A stretch of 63,858 bases of DNA, counting the filler, from Octopus bimaculoides (Eukaryota), in assembly GCF_001194135.2 (NCBI RefSeq). It is 5 parts of 5 records of this genome, joined end to end, with 100 filler letters (N's around TTAATTAATTAA, not from the genome) between each part and the next. Parts side by side here need not be neighbours in the genome. Positions count along the whole stretch, not along the records: positions 1 to 25,417 come from NC_068987.1; 4 more parts are not named here. One strand, written 5' to 3'. Below are positions 1-12,644 of the stretch, piece after piece. The notes under the pieces are model-generated. The model saw only the letters and a list, made by a program, of their open reading frames with translations. It was not told the origin of the DNA and made no database searches. The position numbers and the translations under genes were made by a program. The first letter of the stretch is position 1. Each line of letters opens with the position of its first letter.

Positions 1-38
<38 letters not shown>

Positions 39-1712
39 GAACGCAAACAAGCACACATATACACATATACACACACATATGTACATGTATTGATGAATAT
101 TGGTGTTTGGTCGCACTTTGCAAAGTAAATAATATGAACGAACACAGAACCATATTCTGATAGATGTAGTGTCAACTGTCAATATTCGGGAGGTAGGTGT
201 GTAAGCATTATCTTCTCTTTTTTTGTGTTCACTTAGCAAGTAGTCTTGTTATCACGTCTCTTAGGAATATTAACATTCAATCCTATTCCAGTTTTAATAT
301 TGCTCTATACATAAAAAGTTTCCAATTGACTGTTTCCTACAATAACCGTATAAAAAATATATAAAAGATAAAAAAAAAATGACCATGATTCGGATACATC
401 TCCCAGAATAAATATATATCTTTCAACTTGAGAGAACTGATTATACTATTAGCATTTTTCTTCTTATCACACAAATCGTCAACTGAACAATAATTTCATT
501 GACATAGACAAATATGTACAAGACAAGAGTTAAATGGGATTTATTCATTGCAGAACGCACGTTTCTGGAAATAAATGCCACGTGAAAACACATAAGTAGT
601 AACATTTAATATGAGTTCATATAAGGCATGTGTCAGGCCGAAATGGCTATAAGCTCGATTCTTAATCACACAGTTCTTTATTCTATCCTAGTGAGTGAAT
701 TTTGCTTATGTAACTTATGCTGCAACGTCGGTTTCACATTTCGTACACAAAACCATGTAAAAACCTGTTATGTTCTCACTCACATATGTTATGTTCACAC
801 AAACACATACACAGACACTCGCAAACACAAACACACACATACACACACACACACATCTTATTGGATTTGTTACAAATGATCAAAAGCGGAATCGATACAT
901 AATATAGAGTTTATATTTATTAGGAGGCATCTGATATTTCACTCTTTTGTTAGAAAGAATTTCACAACACATGCGTTCAGTTAAGAACATAGAAATTATA
1001 TATATATGAATTTATAATTAACTTCGATGTCAGCTGGATTTAAACTTCTTAATCTTAACTGGATTAATAAGTATGCAAATTATACCGACTAGAATTTTGC
1101 GAAACTCTTTCTCTCCGTGTAGACGTTTTAGTCTGCAGATTAAAGTGGATTTGAAGAGAGAATAATTCGTTGAGGATGTCTAATAACAGAGAAGCATCTA
1201 CGTAGCTATCCCATTGTCAGTAACAAGTAACAAGTTTTAGGAAGATGAATATTCTTTCTACAACTTCTTTCTTTCTTTAGAATACATTTGTTATTTGTTT
1301 AAGTAAGTTAACCCTTATTTAAATATTTACCTAAAATTGGTACTTAGTTTTCGCTTCATTGTGTTTTGCAAATAAGCGGCACAGTTCAACTTTCTTACAA
1401 TTTTTGCGTACGTAATACATAATTGTGTGCTTCACTTCCGATCTAGATTATATAAGCACACACACACATTATATATATATATATATATATATATATGGGT
1501 GAAGGAGTTTGTATGTGTGTTAGGAGAGAGAGGAAGAGAGAGAGAGACGACTAGTTATGTGTACATGCATTTATCTTATATTCTGGCACAGTGCTTAAGT
1601 TAATTAACGTTAGCTTAACTGTTATTTATTATCAACGCACTGTTGCGGTGAAGTATAAATGATTTAATGATCAGACTCAGCCATCAACGTGTGATTATCT
1701 GTTGACTTTTAG

Positions 1713-1886
1713 TCCCCTAAAGGAACAGTTGACTATCAGGGTTTCAGTATTGACAGATATTATCCTCATTCGTTGCCACAGGAAGTAGAAAACAGAGACA
1801 CTAGTTTTGCAGGAGTTGAACGCAGACTGACGTCGGAATTCGAAATGTTTCCACCAATCTACCTTTGTAACTTCAACTGTAAATAG
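1713..1886 (+). CDS. Candidate orphan exon (SPKGTVDYQGFSIDRYYPHSLPQE...FPPIYLCNFNCK*), product unknown
   Basis: Acceptor ctgttgacttttag|TCC, 57 open codons, raised GC, and the codon-aligned antisense frame is also open. No family recognised. Confidence 0.35.
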   Translation, partial: SPKGTVDYQGFSIDRYYPHSLPQEVENRDTSFAGVERRLTSEFEMFPPIYLCNFNCK

Positions 1887-4269
1887 TTTTGTTTTTCTAA
1901 TTTTCATGATATTTACAGAATATTCATCACTTCACGGAAGTATACTTATCTTCGAGTTTTCCGCCGACTTGGAATTACCATTTTAGCACACTCCAGATAG
2001 CAATAGCTTCTTCAATGACGTATAAACAATCAGTTACATGTGTTCATATCTCATTGAATTTAAAAATGTTTATGCATAAAAATGCTTTTAATTGGTGGAC
2101 AATTGTGTGTTGGCGTTTTTTTTCTTCTGTATAATGCAAGTCTGTGTCTTGATGCAGGTATTTATGTGTAATTGTTAGCATGTGTATATGAGCGAATATT
2201 TTAGCATGTGTTAATGCTTTATGTTCAGTGGTTTTGAAATGTGATTGAGTGGTGGTGCGCGTGAGGTTCAGTGAGAATGATTTGTAGTTGTGACCTTTAT
2301 GTATCACAGAAATATCTACCGTTGGACTTTCATATCCTGTAACTGGACCATAGTGGAAATAACAACAGCATCAGCGATAACAACAGCAATAATGATCATA
2401 TCACTAAATTTCAACTGTTTGGTTCGTATAGTTGCTACCTTTGTTTATTCCCTGATAATCACAAATCGAGATAACTTTGATTTTGTCTACCTCAAAATTT
2501 CTCGTCCGCACACATTTAAAACTAGCTGATGATAAGCCTTGTAAATAAATGCCTTAATTCTTAAGATCAAGTAACTGGATCTTAATTTCATGTTCTCTAC
2601 TCACCTATTAATTTGTAAAGTTAAAGTCATTATTTATCTCAGATGGGTCTTTATACACTTTTTAAGTACAAGCAATTTTCTTTCATGCTGAAAAGATTCC
2701 TAGTGCTGTTTGTAGGCAGTTAGAGCAGCAACACGGGGGAAAACTAAGTGTTTTGGTAACTTTTACTGTTAAATCAGACCATACACGTAAGACATTACCA
2801 TAAAAAAAACACTACTGTGACATAATTTAGATTTTTCTCCGACTGCCTCGAAATTTGCAAAGACAAACATGACAATGTCAATCTAAATCTATGACAATGT
2901 CATATTATCCTTTTATTACCGCGTGGACAGAACCCTTGCTGGAGTACTGCCTTTAAAAGCATGGATTTACAGTATAAACATTCTGAAAGGGCACAAAGTA
3001 GCATAAAATCGACGAGATAGAATATTATAATGTAATTTGATTCTCACACACCGATATTGTATTCCTATACCTTATACATATACAATATATTTACATATGC
3101 ATCTGCACAATCACATAGGCACATATATGCAACTTGCTTGAAGAATAATACTGTCTACCGAATGATTCGCAATGCTTGGATCGTTTGGAGATGTTGGTAG
3201 AAAGCACTTGCCCAGAGTACTGCAAAATTATTCTGAATCCAAACCCTCACGATTGTAAAGCATACATATTAACCTAGTAGACTAGCTTAACTCCATGATA
3301 TTTATTTATATTAAAAGGCCCCTCTCCGCCAAAAATAATTTTCAAACACCTACGTTAATGCTATTTATTGTTAAAATACTCAATTTCTCTTTATGAAATA
3401 CAGACGAAGGCAGACATTTCTAGACGGGAGAAATAGTATCAATATTTTAAACAAGAATTTACATTTACCAAAGTTAGCGATAAAATTCTATGTTTAGTCT
3501 ATGATTTGATTCTTTGCCAATATTTTTTTCGCTATTGATTACTATCTCGAAACAGCTTAATGCCACAGAAGCGAAGACAAATTACAGCGACTGATTTCAA
3601 AAAGACTTCTTGCATAATAATAAATACACGCACATTAATTTGCTACATCTTGTAATACTACAGAGACTAACTATAGAATGAAAACATATTTTTTCATAGT
3701 GTTTTATTTTCAAAGTTTTTAGGTTAAACATCTATTAAGTAGAATAACAAAATAAATCTGAAATCTTGAAATTAAATGTCTCTATAATTAATTAGAATAT
3801 TAAATTAATATTTTTATTTTCTCTTTTATAGAAACCCACAACTTCTCAACAAAGTTATTTGTAAAGTTATTATTATGAAATACTTCGTGAATATTGCTTT
3901 GTTTATTTAAAAAGTCGGAAATATTTGCGTCGTTGCTATAGGCTACTAATATGAGAAGTTGTACTCTGTTAAGAACTGTAGACAGAATCATAGTAAAGAA
4001 TATATAAAAATTACTCTATGGACTGTACAGATGTTTCATCCTGCCACTATTGCGTAAAACATACAACCTGAAACGCCACTTCAAAAGAGGATATTTCTAT
4101 AAATTTATATGTGTATGTACGTCTGCGCTTGTGTTTTTTTTTTGTATGCGTGTGTGTGTGTGAGCATTTTCGTGCATGTGTGCGCGTGTGTCTTGGCATG
4201 TGTGTATCAATCCACCATATCATCCGACAAATCATTATTCAATTAAGCAGCACCGTTCTTCAGTTCAAA

Positions 4270-4960
4270 GAAAAATTAGAATAAATACTCAAAGCCAGAA
4301 AGCGAACTATCAAGTAGACGAAAGAGGAAAAAAAATCTGGTTTAAACAGACCTTCAACTTAAAAGTAGCGACAAATGTGGCAAACAACTTCCTAACACTA
4401 ATCGCGAAACAGTTTCCAGTTGCCATAAATACCACAAGCTATTCAATAGTAACGGTCGAACACCTACTTACAGTTACACCAGAAACCGGATATATGGCAT
4501 ATACATAAACTCGCGGCCAAGAAATGAAAACAGATGCAACTGCAACAAATCAAAATCGAACTCGTTAAATGGAAAGTACAAAACAAAAAAGAAGAAAAAC
4601 GATGTAATATTCAAGGTGCCAGCATTTCAAGTGGGACCAATCGACATAGACTTCATCGGCAATGCTAGCTAAACAGCACACATTCATTCGTTCTGCACAA
4701 TTTACAAAACAGGAAATTCTTTCAATGCAAATTTTGGGTCAACGGGGAAATACTATTGAAATGCATAGGCAAAAATATAATTCTAACCATTATGCACTGT
4801 GACCGAAGTCAATCCACGGGGCATCGGAAAAAGATACAATAAATTTTTGCGAGAAATTTCCAAACATGTAAATATTGCTGGAGAAGTGATATCAACAGAA
4901 AAGGAACAACAAAATTACCATATGACACCAGAGAAAATAACCAGAGTGTATAAAAAATTT
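4270..4960 (+). mobile_element. Degenerate Penelope-like element (RT thumb to GIY-YIG region)
   Basis: KIWFKQTFNLKVATNVANNFLTLIAKQFP / HKYHKLFN / RCNCN..SLNGK resemble the PLE IIWFNPPFS..TNIG..FL.LIDKHFP..CNC..CPLNG motifs; frameshifted. Confidence 0.7.
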
Positions 4961-6162
4961 CTTACGAGATTAGATACTATATAACTTCTGAAACAGATAG
5001 AAGATTACTAATGAAACAGGGTGTGTATGACAAAATCAACAGGAACAGTCGGAGAATTACTGAACCAACCAATAAATAGGCAAATAATGAAGAAATAAAC
5101 AAGAAAACTAGGACAAACATAAGCAAAAGCGAATGCAAGGACAAAATAGTCAAGTAAAGAACAGAAAAGTTTCTGAATTTACCAATGGGTACACTAAACA
5201 CAAAAACAATCATAGATGGCCATCAAGTGAAAAGGATCAGAAGAAAATTATAGACGGATTAACAACAGATAAACGACAGTAAAGACGACTAATATAAAAC
5301 AGAACAGCCAAACAATTGATTATTTAAACGACAACTACAATAGAAAAATACTTAATAAATAAAATACATTGGAAACGAGCTTTCGGAAACTCTATATTTT
5401 GCATTGAGTGCTCTCCTATTAAATTGACAAACTAAAAAGTATATATGCATTTATGAATGTATTTATGCACGCATATATCTACATGACCATGTATGTACAA
5501 GCGCATATGTGTGTGTGTGTGTGTGTGCGTGTGTGTGTGTGTGTGCGTGTGTGTGCGTGTGTGTGTGTGAGTGTGTGTGAGTGTGTGTTTGTGCATATAT
5601 ACATACATATATAGATATACTGAAATATGTAAACATACATGCATATATATATATAAATTTAGAAAGGAAAAGAGAGAGAGAGAGAAAAGGATACAGTTAT
5701 CGGTCTACATCTGCTATTTTTCTCCCTCTTTCTTTCTCTCTCTCTCTCTCTCTCTCTCTCNNNNNNNNNNNNNNNNNNNNNNNNNNNNNNNNNNNNNNNN
5801 NNNNNNNNNNNNNNNNNNNNNNNNNNNNNNNNNNNNNNNNNNNNNNNNNNNNNNNNNNNNNNNNNNNNNNNNNNNNNNNNNNNNNNNNNNNNNNNNNNNN
5901 NNNNNNNNNNNNNNNNNNNNNNNNNNNNNNNNNNNNNNNNNNNNNNNNNNNNNNNNNNNNNNNNNNNNNNNNNNNNNNNNNNNNNNTATATATATATATA
6001 TATATGGATATTTTATTGAGTGTGTGCGTGTGTATGTGTTTATATGTTATGCATGTACATAAGCAACGAATACATTTGTAATATAACATGATTAAAACCA
6101 AGTACTTATTTTTGGTTCGAAAGTAATACGTTCTGAACATATATTTATTTCTATATTAAAAG

Positions 6163-6242
6163 TCGTCAGAAACGGAAGAAGATATTATGATAGCCGTCGG
6201 TAAAGTTTCTTCGACGCCATTAATGACAAAATTGGAAAATGG
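6163..6242 (+). CDS. Candidate exon (SSETEEDIMIAVGKVSSTPLMTKLENG)
   Basis: ttctatattaaaag|TCG ... AAT GG|gtaagc. Only one frame is open; phase 0-2. Confidence 0.3.
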
Positions 6243-6998
6243 GTAAGCGATTGCACAAATCACGGAGAAAACATGTCAGAGTAACTAATAACTGTCACAC
6301 ATCTGATCATTTCGAGATTCACTACTAAAAGGAACCAGTTGTGCATTAACAAGCACAATTCAATTCTGAAGAGGAAAATCAGCTACACAGTATTTCTTAT
6401 AATTTCTCTTTCTCTCTCCCCGACTCTCTCTTTATTTCTCTCTATTCCGCCTTTACCGATCTGATATTTCTATCTTTTACTCACCATATACCTCTTTCTT
6501 CCCCGACTCACTTTTTCTCTATCTTACTCTGATTTCTTATATTTTATTCATATATCTTACTTGCCCTGTATACGTTTGCATGTAAGCATGTATGTATGTA
6601 TATCTAGAGAGAGAGAGACAGTGATTTGCAAACAATTTATGTTTCACTTCATCTTTCTCTCCTTCAATTATATTTGTGTGTGTATATCTCTAAATGTGCA
6701 CACATATCTTTATTAATATATCTACATATACACATGTGCCTATACTTTTACATAATCCTGACGCCTCGAATGTATTAGTGAGAAGAAAACGGTACGTTGT
6801 TGCATGCATCCATTCCTCTCCGGAGAACATTTGTGTCCATGGGGAACCTATTTCAAATTTGCATAGAAGTTCACAAATGCTATTATTATTATGAGGTTAG
6901 ATTATTATTTCATGTCGTAAGAAATGCCTCGTAGGGAATTAATTACTCCTTTATAGAATGTGAGTCCTAATTTTGTTGGTATTGACTTTACACACCAG

Positions 6999-7050
6999 GC
7001 TTCCAGATGACATTGATATGCGTAGAAGTCAATTTCTGGAGTCGATATAA
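6999..7050 (+). CDS. Candidate terminal exon (LPDDIDMRRSQFLESI*)
   Basis: ctttacacaccag|G CTT, phase 2, compatible with 6163-6242, ending in TAA. Confidence 0.3.
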
Positions 7051-7389
7051 ACGGGTAAAAGCTCTTCCTTCGTTTGTTATTTTGTACCCATGTCAGAACG
7101 CTTCATTATTGAGAGGACACTTCTTTTGCTTTGCTAGGGTTATTCAGGATTGTGTATGGACTAACTCGATTCATCATGCATGATTGTTCTCTGAATTTCA
7201 GTGCCTGCAGTAGTTCATGTTTTCCTGTTCTAGACTACTATCGCCGTACAGTGTTGTCTCGTCATAAAAGTCCCTTTATTTTACTCAATACAAAGCACTC
7301 TTTCATTATTTTTATTGTTTTAATTTGCCTCTGGAATGTTTCCCACACCTTGTGTATTGTTCTATATTTAAAAGACGAGGAATTATTAC

Positions 7390-7660
7390 ATTGTTTACAT
7401 TATTTACATTTGCCCACGAGCATGTGGCGTAGTGGTTAAGAGCGCGGGCTACTAACTCCAAGATTCCGAGTTCGATTCCAGGCAGTGACCTGAATAATAA
7501 TAATAATAGTAATAACATCGAAAAATACTCTAGGAATTAAAGCCCAGGTTCGAAATTTCCCTAAGACATCTTATGAAGGCTGGAAGGTATATCAGCCGAA
7601 ACGTTATGTTAACAACAAAGATGAGGACAAATATCGTCACAAGTAAATAATGTAAATAAT
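7390..7660 (+). mobile_element. tRNA-headed non-autonomous element with (AAT)n, hammerhead-like module and 18-bp inverted ends
   Basis: A box 7425-7435, B box GAGTTCGATTCC 7468-7479, (AAT)n near 7493-7515. Ends 7390-7407 and 7643-7660 match 17/18 as inverted repeats. Confidence 0.75.
7565..7610 (+). ncRNA. Hammerhead-like motif with G5U substitution in a tRNA-headed element
   Basis: Stem I GACAT/ATGTT; CTTATGA plus one A; stem II GGCTG/CAGCC; GAAA; ACGT; U17. Confidence 0.5.
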
Positions 7661-7938
7661 TTACTCTGTGCATTCCTGACAAAGGAAATTATTATTACTA
7701 TCCTTAAGCAGGGAATTAGAATCATTAGAACTTTTTACAAAATGTCAAGAAGCGTCTTTTACGTTTTGTATTCAAGTCCCTCAAAGGCCAAATTTGCCTT
7801 TCATCCCTCCAGGTTCGGAGAAGTACCAGTCAAGTAATGGTGTTCATAGTACCGACTGCCTCATTCCCCTCAAAATTGCTAACCTCATGTCTGAATGTAT
7901 TTATTTATTCATTTATTTATTTATGTATTACTATTATT

Positions 7939-8145
7939 AAGGGAGTGAGCTAGCAGAATAGTTAGTGTTTCGGACAAATGCTTCCCGGCATTTCGCCCTT
8001 CTTTACGTTCCAAGTTCAAATTCTGCCGAGGTTGACTTTGACATTCACTCTTTCAAGGTCAATATAACAGAGGATTGCTGGGATCAAAGTAATTGACTAT
8101 CTCTCTCTCCTAAAATTCAAGCAGTGTACCTATATAGAATGAATT
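7939..8145 (+). mobile_element. tRNA-derived SINE, family A
   Basis: Head aagggagtgagctagcaga, gttcaaattc B box, gactttg..tca..ctt core; about 15 copies in the window. Confidence 0.75.
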
Positions 8146-8149
8146 ATTA

Positions 8150-8325
8150 AGGCCGGAAATACTGCTTAGCGGCATTTCGCTCGTCTTGACGATCTGAGTT
8201 CAAATTCCACGGAGGTTGACTTTGTCTTTCCTCCCTTATGTGTCGAAAAATTAAGTACCACCAGTTGAACACTGAGGTCGGTGTAATCGACTAACTACTC
8301 GGCACAAAATTTCAGGACCGGCGTA
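8150..8325 (+). mobile_element. SINE family A
   Basis: Homologous to the other copies. Confidence 0.7.
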
Positions 8326-8407
8326 ATACAAATGATTATTAACCCGACATGATAGAAGATAAATGTGACCCCTGCAGTACGTGGATTCAGAACGTAAAAT
8401 AATAATG

Positions 8408-8440
<33 letters not shown>

Positions 8441-9189
8441 TATGTCACAGTGCATTTTCTACGACGCTCTACCGATTTCATCAACTTATCACATTTAAAC
8501 AGTCATTTATGTTGTCACAACTTAAAACTTATTCAACGATCGCTCAACTTGAAAAACAAAAAGGCCCAAACGAATTCTCTTGTCTTAGATGGGAGAAAAT
8601 ACACATTGGATGATGTAGTTCTAGGAACTCCTACAATGACTGGGTGGTCACTTTTGGAATCATGAGTGTCCAATACAGGCTACTTTAATAAATATGAAGA
8701 ACAAAAACTACAAAAATGTTACTAAATACAATATAGAACACTACATTTCTGTAGTTAATAAAAAAAATTTTCTGCTTAACGTCTCCATTATTCATTACAT
8801 ACAATCTTCCCCTTCGTATCGTATTTCCTTTGATGTCTTCGCTGTATCTACTATATGCCTGCCACCTTTGCCTCCAGACACAACCTCCATCTCTTCACGC
8901 CTATCTCGCTCCCTCTCCTACTCTCCTGTTTTTATTTTCTTTCATGTGTATTCTTCTTTATGTGAAATCACCCCTCCCATCCAGTTTCACAATTTTTCCT
9001 TTTCACTGTATCTTCTCTTTTCTTTATTTTTTCTCGCTATATTAAACTCACGATTATCCTGTCTTTTCTTATCCTAACTCTTTAATCACTTCTTTTTTTA
9101 TTTCCAAAAACTTTATCAACACATGTTTTAAATGACTTGTTTTTCAACATTCTTTTTTAGTTTGTTTAATAATAATTGTAATTCTTCTA

Positions 9190-9390
9190 AATTTTGGCAG
9201 AAGGACAGCAATTTTAAATGAGTGGCTAAGCTGATTTTATCATTGGCACTGATCAACTGGTAAGTATTTCATTGACCACGGAAGGATGAAAGGCAAAGTC
9301 AACTTCGGAAACATTTAAATTGAGAACGTAAAGCCGCAAGGAATGCTGCTAAGCATGATCGACACGCTAACGATTCTGCGAACGCGTAGT
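9190..9390 (-). mobile_element. SINE family A
   Basis: aaggatgaaaggcaaagtcaac...gctaacgattctgc. Confidence 0.7.
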
Positions 9391-9391
9391 C

Positions 9392-9444
<53 letters not shown>
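9392..9444. repeat. (AAT)n microsatellite
   Basis: Read directly. Confidence 0.95.
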
Positions 9445-10010
9445 CACTGGAAATCGCTGGATGTCCTGAAATTACTGGCTATCTTCAAAATTTCTCCTGC
9501 GATTTCAAATTTCCTGAAGCCTAACATGTCAATGTGGAATACGAATCTACTACTATACCAATCTAATAGAGTACTGACTAAAAAAATATTAATATCAACT
9601 GCAGCATTCTCCAAGATCACTCACTTTCACCTTTAATTTTCTGCATAGCGTTAATACCCTGACAAGTGAACTTAACAGAACAGGGTCTGGATATAAAGTT
9701 GGCAACAAGAAAAATAAGTCATCAGTTTTATATGGATGGCTTAAAACTCTATGGAAAAGAGGATAATGAGCTTGAAGGACAACTACGTATTGTGAAATCA
9801 TTCGGTAATGACATTGGGATGGAATTTGGTCTTGATAAATGTACCAAGGTCAATTTCCAGAAAGGGAAACTGAAGACCACACACCCAGTAGAGATGGATG
9901 TTGACACAGTCATAAAAGAACTCGAGCAGGAATAAACTTACAAGTACTTCGGAATAAATGAGGGTCCTGGCACTCAGTATGCAAGATGAAAGTGAAGATC
10001 AGGAAGGAGG
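9445..10010 (+). mobile_element. R4/Dong-like non-LTR retrotransposon RT fragment
   Basis: ILQDHSLSPLIFCIALIP, KISHQFYMDGLKLY, FGNDIGMEFGLDKC; 5' end abuts (AAT)n. Confidence 0.8.
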
Positions 10011-10283
10011 TGTAATGCAGATGTGCAATGATGACACATCAACAAATGAGTCAGAAATTCTAACTTAAAAAATATTGAAAGAAAAAGACAGCGTTGTATT
10101 CCGAAGCTAAAAGATGTTTTTTTAGCTGAGGTGTAATTTTATAACGTAAACAAATTCAAAATTTAAAGTTTGGAACAAAACACTTACCACGTTTTCTGGT
10201 GTATGACAGCAGTTGAAATGGGTTAAAACAAATGTATGTGTGTGTGTGTGTGTGTTTGCGTGCGTGTGTGTGTGTGTGTGTGG

Positions 10284-10319
<36 letters not shown>

Positions 10320-11201
10320 TCGGGCCATTAATGGCAGTTTAAGACCAGTCGCAGAAAGGAATTCAAAACGGAAACACGCACAATCATATACATACAAACA
10401 TACACATACATGCACACACATACACAAACACGTACCTACAGAGAGAGAGGTAGACAGACAGACAGTAAGTCCAAAACNNNNNNNNNNNNNNNNNNNNNNN
10501 NNNNNNNNNNNNNNNNNNNNNNNNNNNNNNNNNNNNNNNNNNNNNNNNNNNNNNNNNNNNNNNNNNNNNNNNNNNNNNNNNNNNNNNNNNNNNNNNNNNN
10601 NNNNNNNNNNNNNNNNNNNNNNNNNNNNNNNNNNNNNNNNNNNNNNNNNNNNNNNNNNNNNNNNNNNNNNNNNNNNNNNNNNNNNNNNNNNNNNNNNNNN
10701 NNNNNNNNNNNNNNNNNNNNNNNNNNNNNNNNNNNNNNNNNNNNNNNNNNNNNNNNNNNNNNNNNNNNNNNNNNNNNNNNNNNNNNNNNNNNNNNNNNNN
10801 NNNNNNNNNNNNNNNNNNNNNNNNNNNNNNNNNNNNNNNNNNNNNNNNNNNNNNNNNNNNNNNNNNNNNNNNNNNNNNNNNNNNNNNNNNNNNNNNNNNN
10901 NNNNNNNNNNNNNNNNNNNNNNNNNNNNNNNNNNNNNNNNNNNNNNNNNNNNNNNNNNNNNNNNNNNNNNNNNNNNNNNNNNNNNNNNNNNNNNNNNNNN
11001 NNNNNNNNNNNNNNNNNNNNNNNNNNNNNNNNNNNNNNNNNNNNNNNNNNNNNNNNNNNNNNNNNNNNNNNNNNNNNNNNNNNNNNNNNNNNNNNNNNNN
11101 NNNNNNNNNNNNNNNNNNNNNNNNNNNNNNNNNNNNNNNNNNNNNNNNNNNNNNNNNNNNNNNNNNNNNNNNNNNNNNNNNNNNNNNNNNNNNNNNNNNN
11201 N

Positions 11202-11237
<36 letters not shown>

Positions 11238-11796
11238 TCGAGTTGTAGCTGTATTTCAAAAGGGTCAGCCTTGTCATATTCTTTGTGAGGCTGAATTCCC
11301 TGAGAACTACGTTAATGTTATGCATGTTTGTGGCGCACTCAGCCATTTGTGAGTTGATTTTATCCTGGTGTGGTAATGTATGAACTTTTCTGTGGATTTA
11401 TGTCTCTCTCTTGGATTTATGATTTTTTGGGGATATACGTCTCTCTCAGTTTCTCTCTTTCATTTTCCCTTCCGTTTGTCTCTCTTCTCTCCCGCTTTTG
11501 ATTTGACAATGTGTATATGTATCTGTGTATCTACTTCTCTTGCGATGAACGCCATCACCACACACTGTCTCTTTCACCCTGTCTCACTGTCTCACTTTCT
11601 CTCTCACTCTCTTTCTCTCTCACTCTCTTTCTCTCTCACTCTCTTTCTCTCTCACTGTCTCTCTCTCTTTCTCTCATACTTCCTCTCTGTCCTCCTCTTT
11701 CTCGCTTTGCCACTTCTTTGAAGTAAGTGTGACGCACACAGCAAGTACGTATAGAAAGAAAGAGTTAGCGTATTAATATTATTGATAATAATAACG

Positions 11797-11960
11797 ATCC
11801 TTTCTATTATAGGCACAAGACTTGAAATTTGTGGGGAGGGAACTAGTTGATTACATCAACCCCAGTGTTTCACTGGTACACAACTTATCGATCCCGTAAG
11901 GATGAAAGACAAAGTCGACCTCGGTGAAATTTGAAGTCAGCGTGCTAACGGTTCCGCGAG
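11797..11960 (-). mobile_element. SINE family A
   Basis: tcctttctattataggcacaag...aaggatgaaagacaaagtcgacctcgg. Confidence 0.75.
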
Positions 11961-11973
11961 CAACAACAACAAC

Positions 11974-12031
<58 letters not shown>

Positions 12032-12081
12032 GGTCAATAGGCCAGATATAGTTGTCAGAGATCATCAAGTAAAAAGATTGG

Positions 12082-12415
12082 CTTGCTTACAAAACACATG
12101 ATTCAGGGCTCAGTCCCACTGCGTGGCACCTTGAGCAAGTATCTTCTGCTATAACCTCAGGCTGACCAAAGCTTTGTGAGTGGATTTGGTAGGCGGAAAC
12201 TGAAAGAATCCCGTCGTATATGTGTGTGTGTGTATATGTTTGTGTGTCTGTGTTTGTCTCCCACCCTCATCATCGCTGAAAACCGCTATTAGTGTGTTTA
12301 TGTCCCCGTAACTTAGCGATGAGAGTTATGGGATCGATTTGTTTGACTAAAGGCGGTGCTGCAGCATGGCCGCCGTCAAATGACTGAAACAAATTAAATA
12401 ATAAAAGAATAACTG
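12082..12415 (+). mobile_element. SINE family B
   Basis: cccactgcgtggcaccttgagcaag...ggaaactgaaagaatcccgtcg...caaatgactgaaac. Confidence 0.82.
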
Positions 12416-12620
12416 ACGTATCAACACCGACAGTTGATGATGTTTCTCTAAAAGAAACGGAGAAACTTTCAAAATACAAACTACTTGGAAATAGAGGTAA
12501 CTCGAATGTGGACTCTAAACACAGACATCATTTCTATCATAGTAAGCGCATTAGGTATGATAAGAAAATAATCAGATAATACATAATAAAAACACCAGAA
12601 CTAAGTGGCAGTGCATTGAA
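12415..12620 (+). mobile_element. R4/Dong-like C-terminal (REL endonuclease) fragment
   Basis: Degenerate DVS..DDVSLKETEKLSKYK..EIEVTRMW..IIS IVSALGMI. Confidence 0.6.
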
Positions 12621-12644
12621 AGCATGTGATAAGAATAAGACATC

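Noticed and set aside
7424-7490. Possible tRNA gene
   Set aside because: A and B boxes are present, but there is no complete cloverleaf or acceptor stem. It is the head of a repeat.
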